A stretch of 64,000 nucleotides of DNA from Podarcis bocagei (taxonomy: Eukaryota), in NCBI GenBank assembly GCA_964188305.1, contig OZ076889.1; one strand, written 5' to 3'. Below, one piece after another: positions 62,467 to 64,000 of the stretch (position 1 is its first letter; each line of letters starts with the position of its first letter). Made by a program: the position numbers and the translations under genes. Below the pieces are notes generated by a model. It saw only the letters and a program-made list of their open reading frames with translations. It was not told the DNA's origin and did no database searches.

Positions 62467-63665
62467 GAAGGAACAGAGTTCTCACAGTCAGACTATGGCA
62501 GGCATCCCCAAACTCGGCCCTCCAGATGTTTTGGGACTACAATTCCCATCATCCCTGACCACTGCTCCTGTTAACTAGGGATGATGGGAGTTGTAGTCCC
62601 AAAACATCTGGAGGGCCGAGTTTGGGGATGCCTGGACTATGGGGTAAGCAACATCTAGGTTTGGAAACTGCATGCCTCTTGAGGCCGCCAGTTTCTTACC
62701 TAACCAGAACAGCCAGTCCAAGCAATTTTCTTGACTGAGTCAAAGCAGAAAATGCCACTGCCCTTCAAGTTAAGGTTTGTCTTAACTTAAGGCCAGTCAA
62801 GTTATCCCATAAGCAACTTTCCCCTGCTCCCTGGGATTTAAAATAGTATATATTAAACAGTTACCTATTCTGCTATCCCTTCATAGCTTTAGAAATCAGC
62901 TGCCTGAGGTGGCTATCTCCACTCTGCCTAATGGTAAGGCTGGCCCTCCAGCAACCAGAAATTCCCCCAGGGATCAATTTATTGTAGAGGTGGCCAGTGA
63001 GCAGTGTTTCCTAAACTTGAGTCTCTGTTTTTGGACTACAACTCCCATTATCCCTACCTACCAAGAACATTGGTCAGGGATGATGGGAATTGTAGTCCAA
63101 AAGCAGCTGGAGACCCAAATTTGGGAAACCCTGCTTTTCTCATTCTATGTCAACATGTAGCAATATTAATAATTTTAAAGAAATCTTCAAGTTTTAGGCT
63201 GCAATGCACTAAGCACATAACACTGAGAAAGTCCATCTAAACCATGGGTGGCTAACCTGTGGTCCTACCTGATGTGGTTGAATTCCAGCTCCCACCAGCC
63301 CCATGCATTCTGCAACCCCAATCGCAGAGTTCCAAAACAGACACAGCCTCTCCATGCCTGAGCTGGAGAAGGGCTAGCACCACCACCACATGACCTTGGG
63401 GTGTGTGGCCAGAGGCACATCCCTGAAGCCACAATTTAATTGTGATGCCCTTTCATACAATGTGTGTGTGAGAGAGAAAAGGGATACAGTTTCATGTTAA
63501 AGTGTGAAAATAATGTGCATGAAACCAAGGTGATAATCTTTTCTTACCTTTTCATCACTGACTTTTAGTGTTTTTGTTAGAAGTAACAGCAGGAGATTGG
63601 TCCAGGCCTCTCGGTGGCTTTCTGAGTTCACGGTAATAAAATAGGCCAATGCCTCACTGCACACA
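62194..63665 (-). CDS. ARFGEF2: Brefeldin A-inhibited ARF-GEF 2 (BIG2), last two coding exons 63665-63548 and 62370-62194; the gene starts beyond the right edge
   Basis: [39 protein letters not shown] | [45 protein letters not shown]...SLAW*. Matches the BIG C-terminus; adjacency to CSE1L identifies ARFGEF2. Confidence 0.95.
62421..62466. repeat. (AAT)n microsatellite
   Basis: Seen directly. Confidence 0.95.
62499..62634. mobile_element. Young hairpin hAT MITE in the last ARFGEF2 intron
   Basis: Near-perfect inverted repeat of about 56 bp (caggcatccccaaact...agtttggggatgcctg) with perfect 8-bp TSD gactatgg. Confidence 0.93.
63002..63133. mobile_element. Older copy of the same hairpin MITE family (other degenerate copies near 15520-15610, 20945-21090, 25225-25370, 44585-44721, 46015-46075, 57440-57500, 63245-63310)
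   Basis: ggactacaactccca...tgggaattgtagtcc inverted core. Confidence 0.75.
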
Positions 63666-64000
63666 CTAGAGAAAGATTATGTAACCACTCAATACATAGA
63701 AAAAGGAATCGTAAGCAAATGGAATCAACAGGTGTTGCGGTCTACACTCAAGCCTAGCAGTAAACATGGAAGCTTGATAGGTTTCACTTCAAATGGGAAG
63801 AGGAAAGTGACAAAACATTCAGTGGGCAGGATTCAACTAACGCAAGACGGGGCTTTTCCCCCCTCTGCTGCCACTGCACATACACCTAACCCCTGAAACT
63901 GACTTGGAGAACCCCTAGAACAGAGTGGCAGAAGAGGAAATGGGGAATTGTTCCATCTGCAAGCAGAAACGCTTCTACTAATTGGACCATTATCACAGTG

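Overview
Vertebrate genomic DNA from a squamate lizard, probably a lacertid (Sauria SINE, CORE/Squam3-type SINEs, L2/CR1 fragments and lizard-type DNA-transposon MITEs). Three spliced genes lie head-to-tail on the minus strand. (1) ARFGEF2/BIG2: the last two coding exons and a long 3' UTR (about 57.9-63.7 kb). (2) CSE1L/exportin-2: complete, with 1 non-coding and 24 coding exons, a 2916-nt CDS (971 aa), all GT-AG introns and a CpG promoter at about 55.4 kb. (3) STAU1: the 5' half, with a CpG-island promoter at about 24.4 kb and four coding exons, continuing off the left edge. The main observations are: two short STAU1 exons missed by the ORF track that encode an intact dsRBD1, the domain absent from mammalian STAU1, as a clean phase-1/phase-1 cassette; a young composite hAT element in a STAU1 5'UTR intron carrying a tandem array of five roughly 40-bp RNA hairpins; STAU1 oriented tandem to CSE1L, whereas I recall the human genes being convergent; and a hairpin MITE family whose core matches the ZNF143/THAP11 promoter motif. 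Most ORF-track entries are spurious. Comparisons to human or other orthologues are from memory and were not computed.
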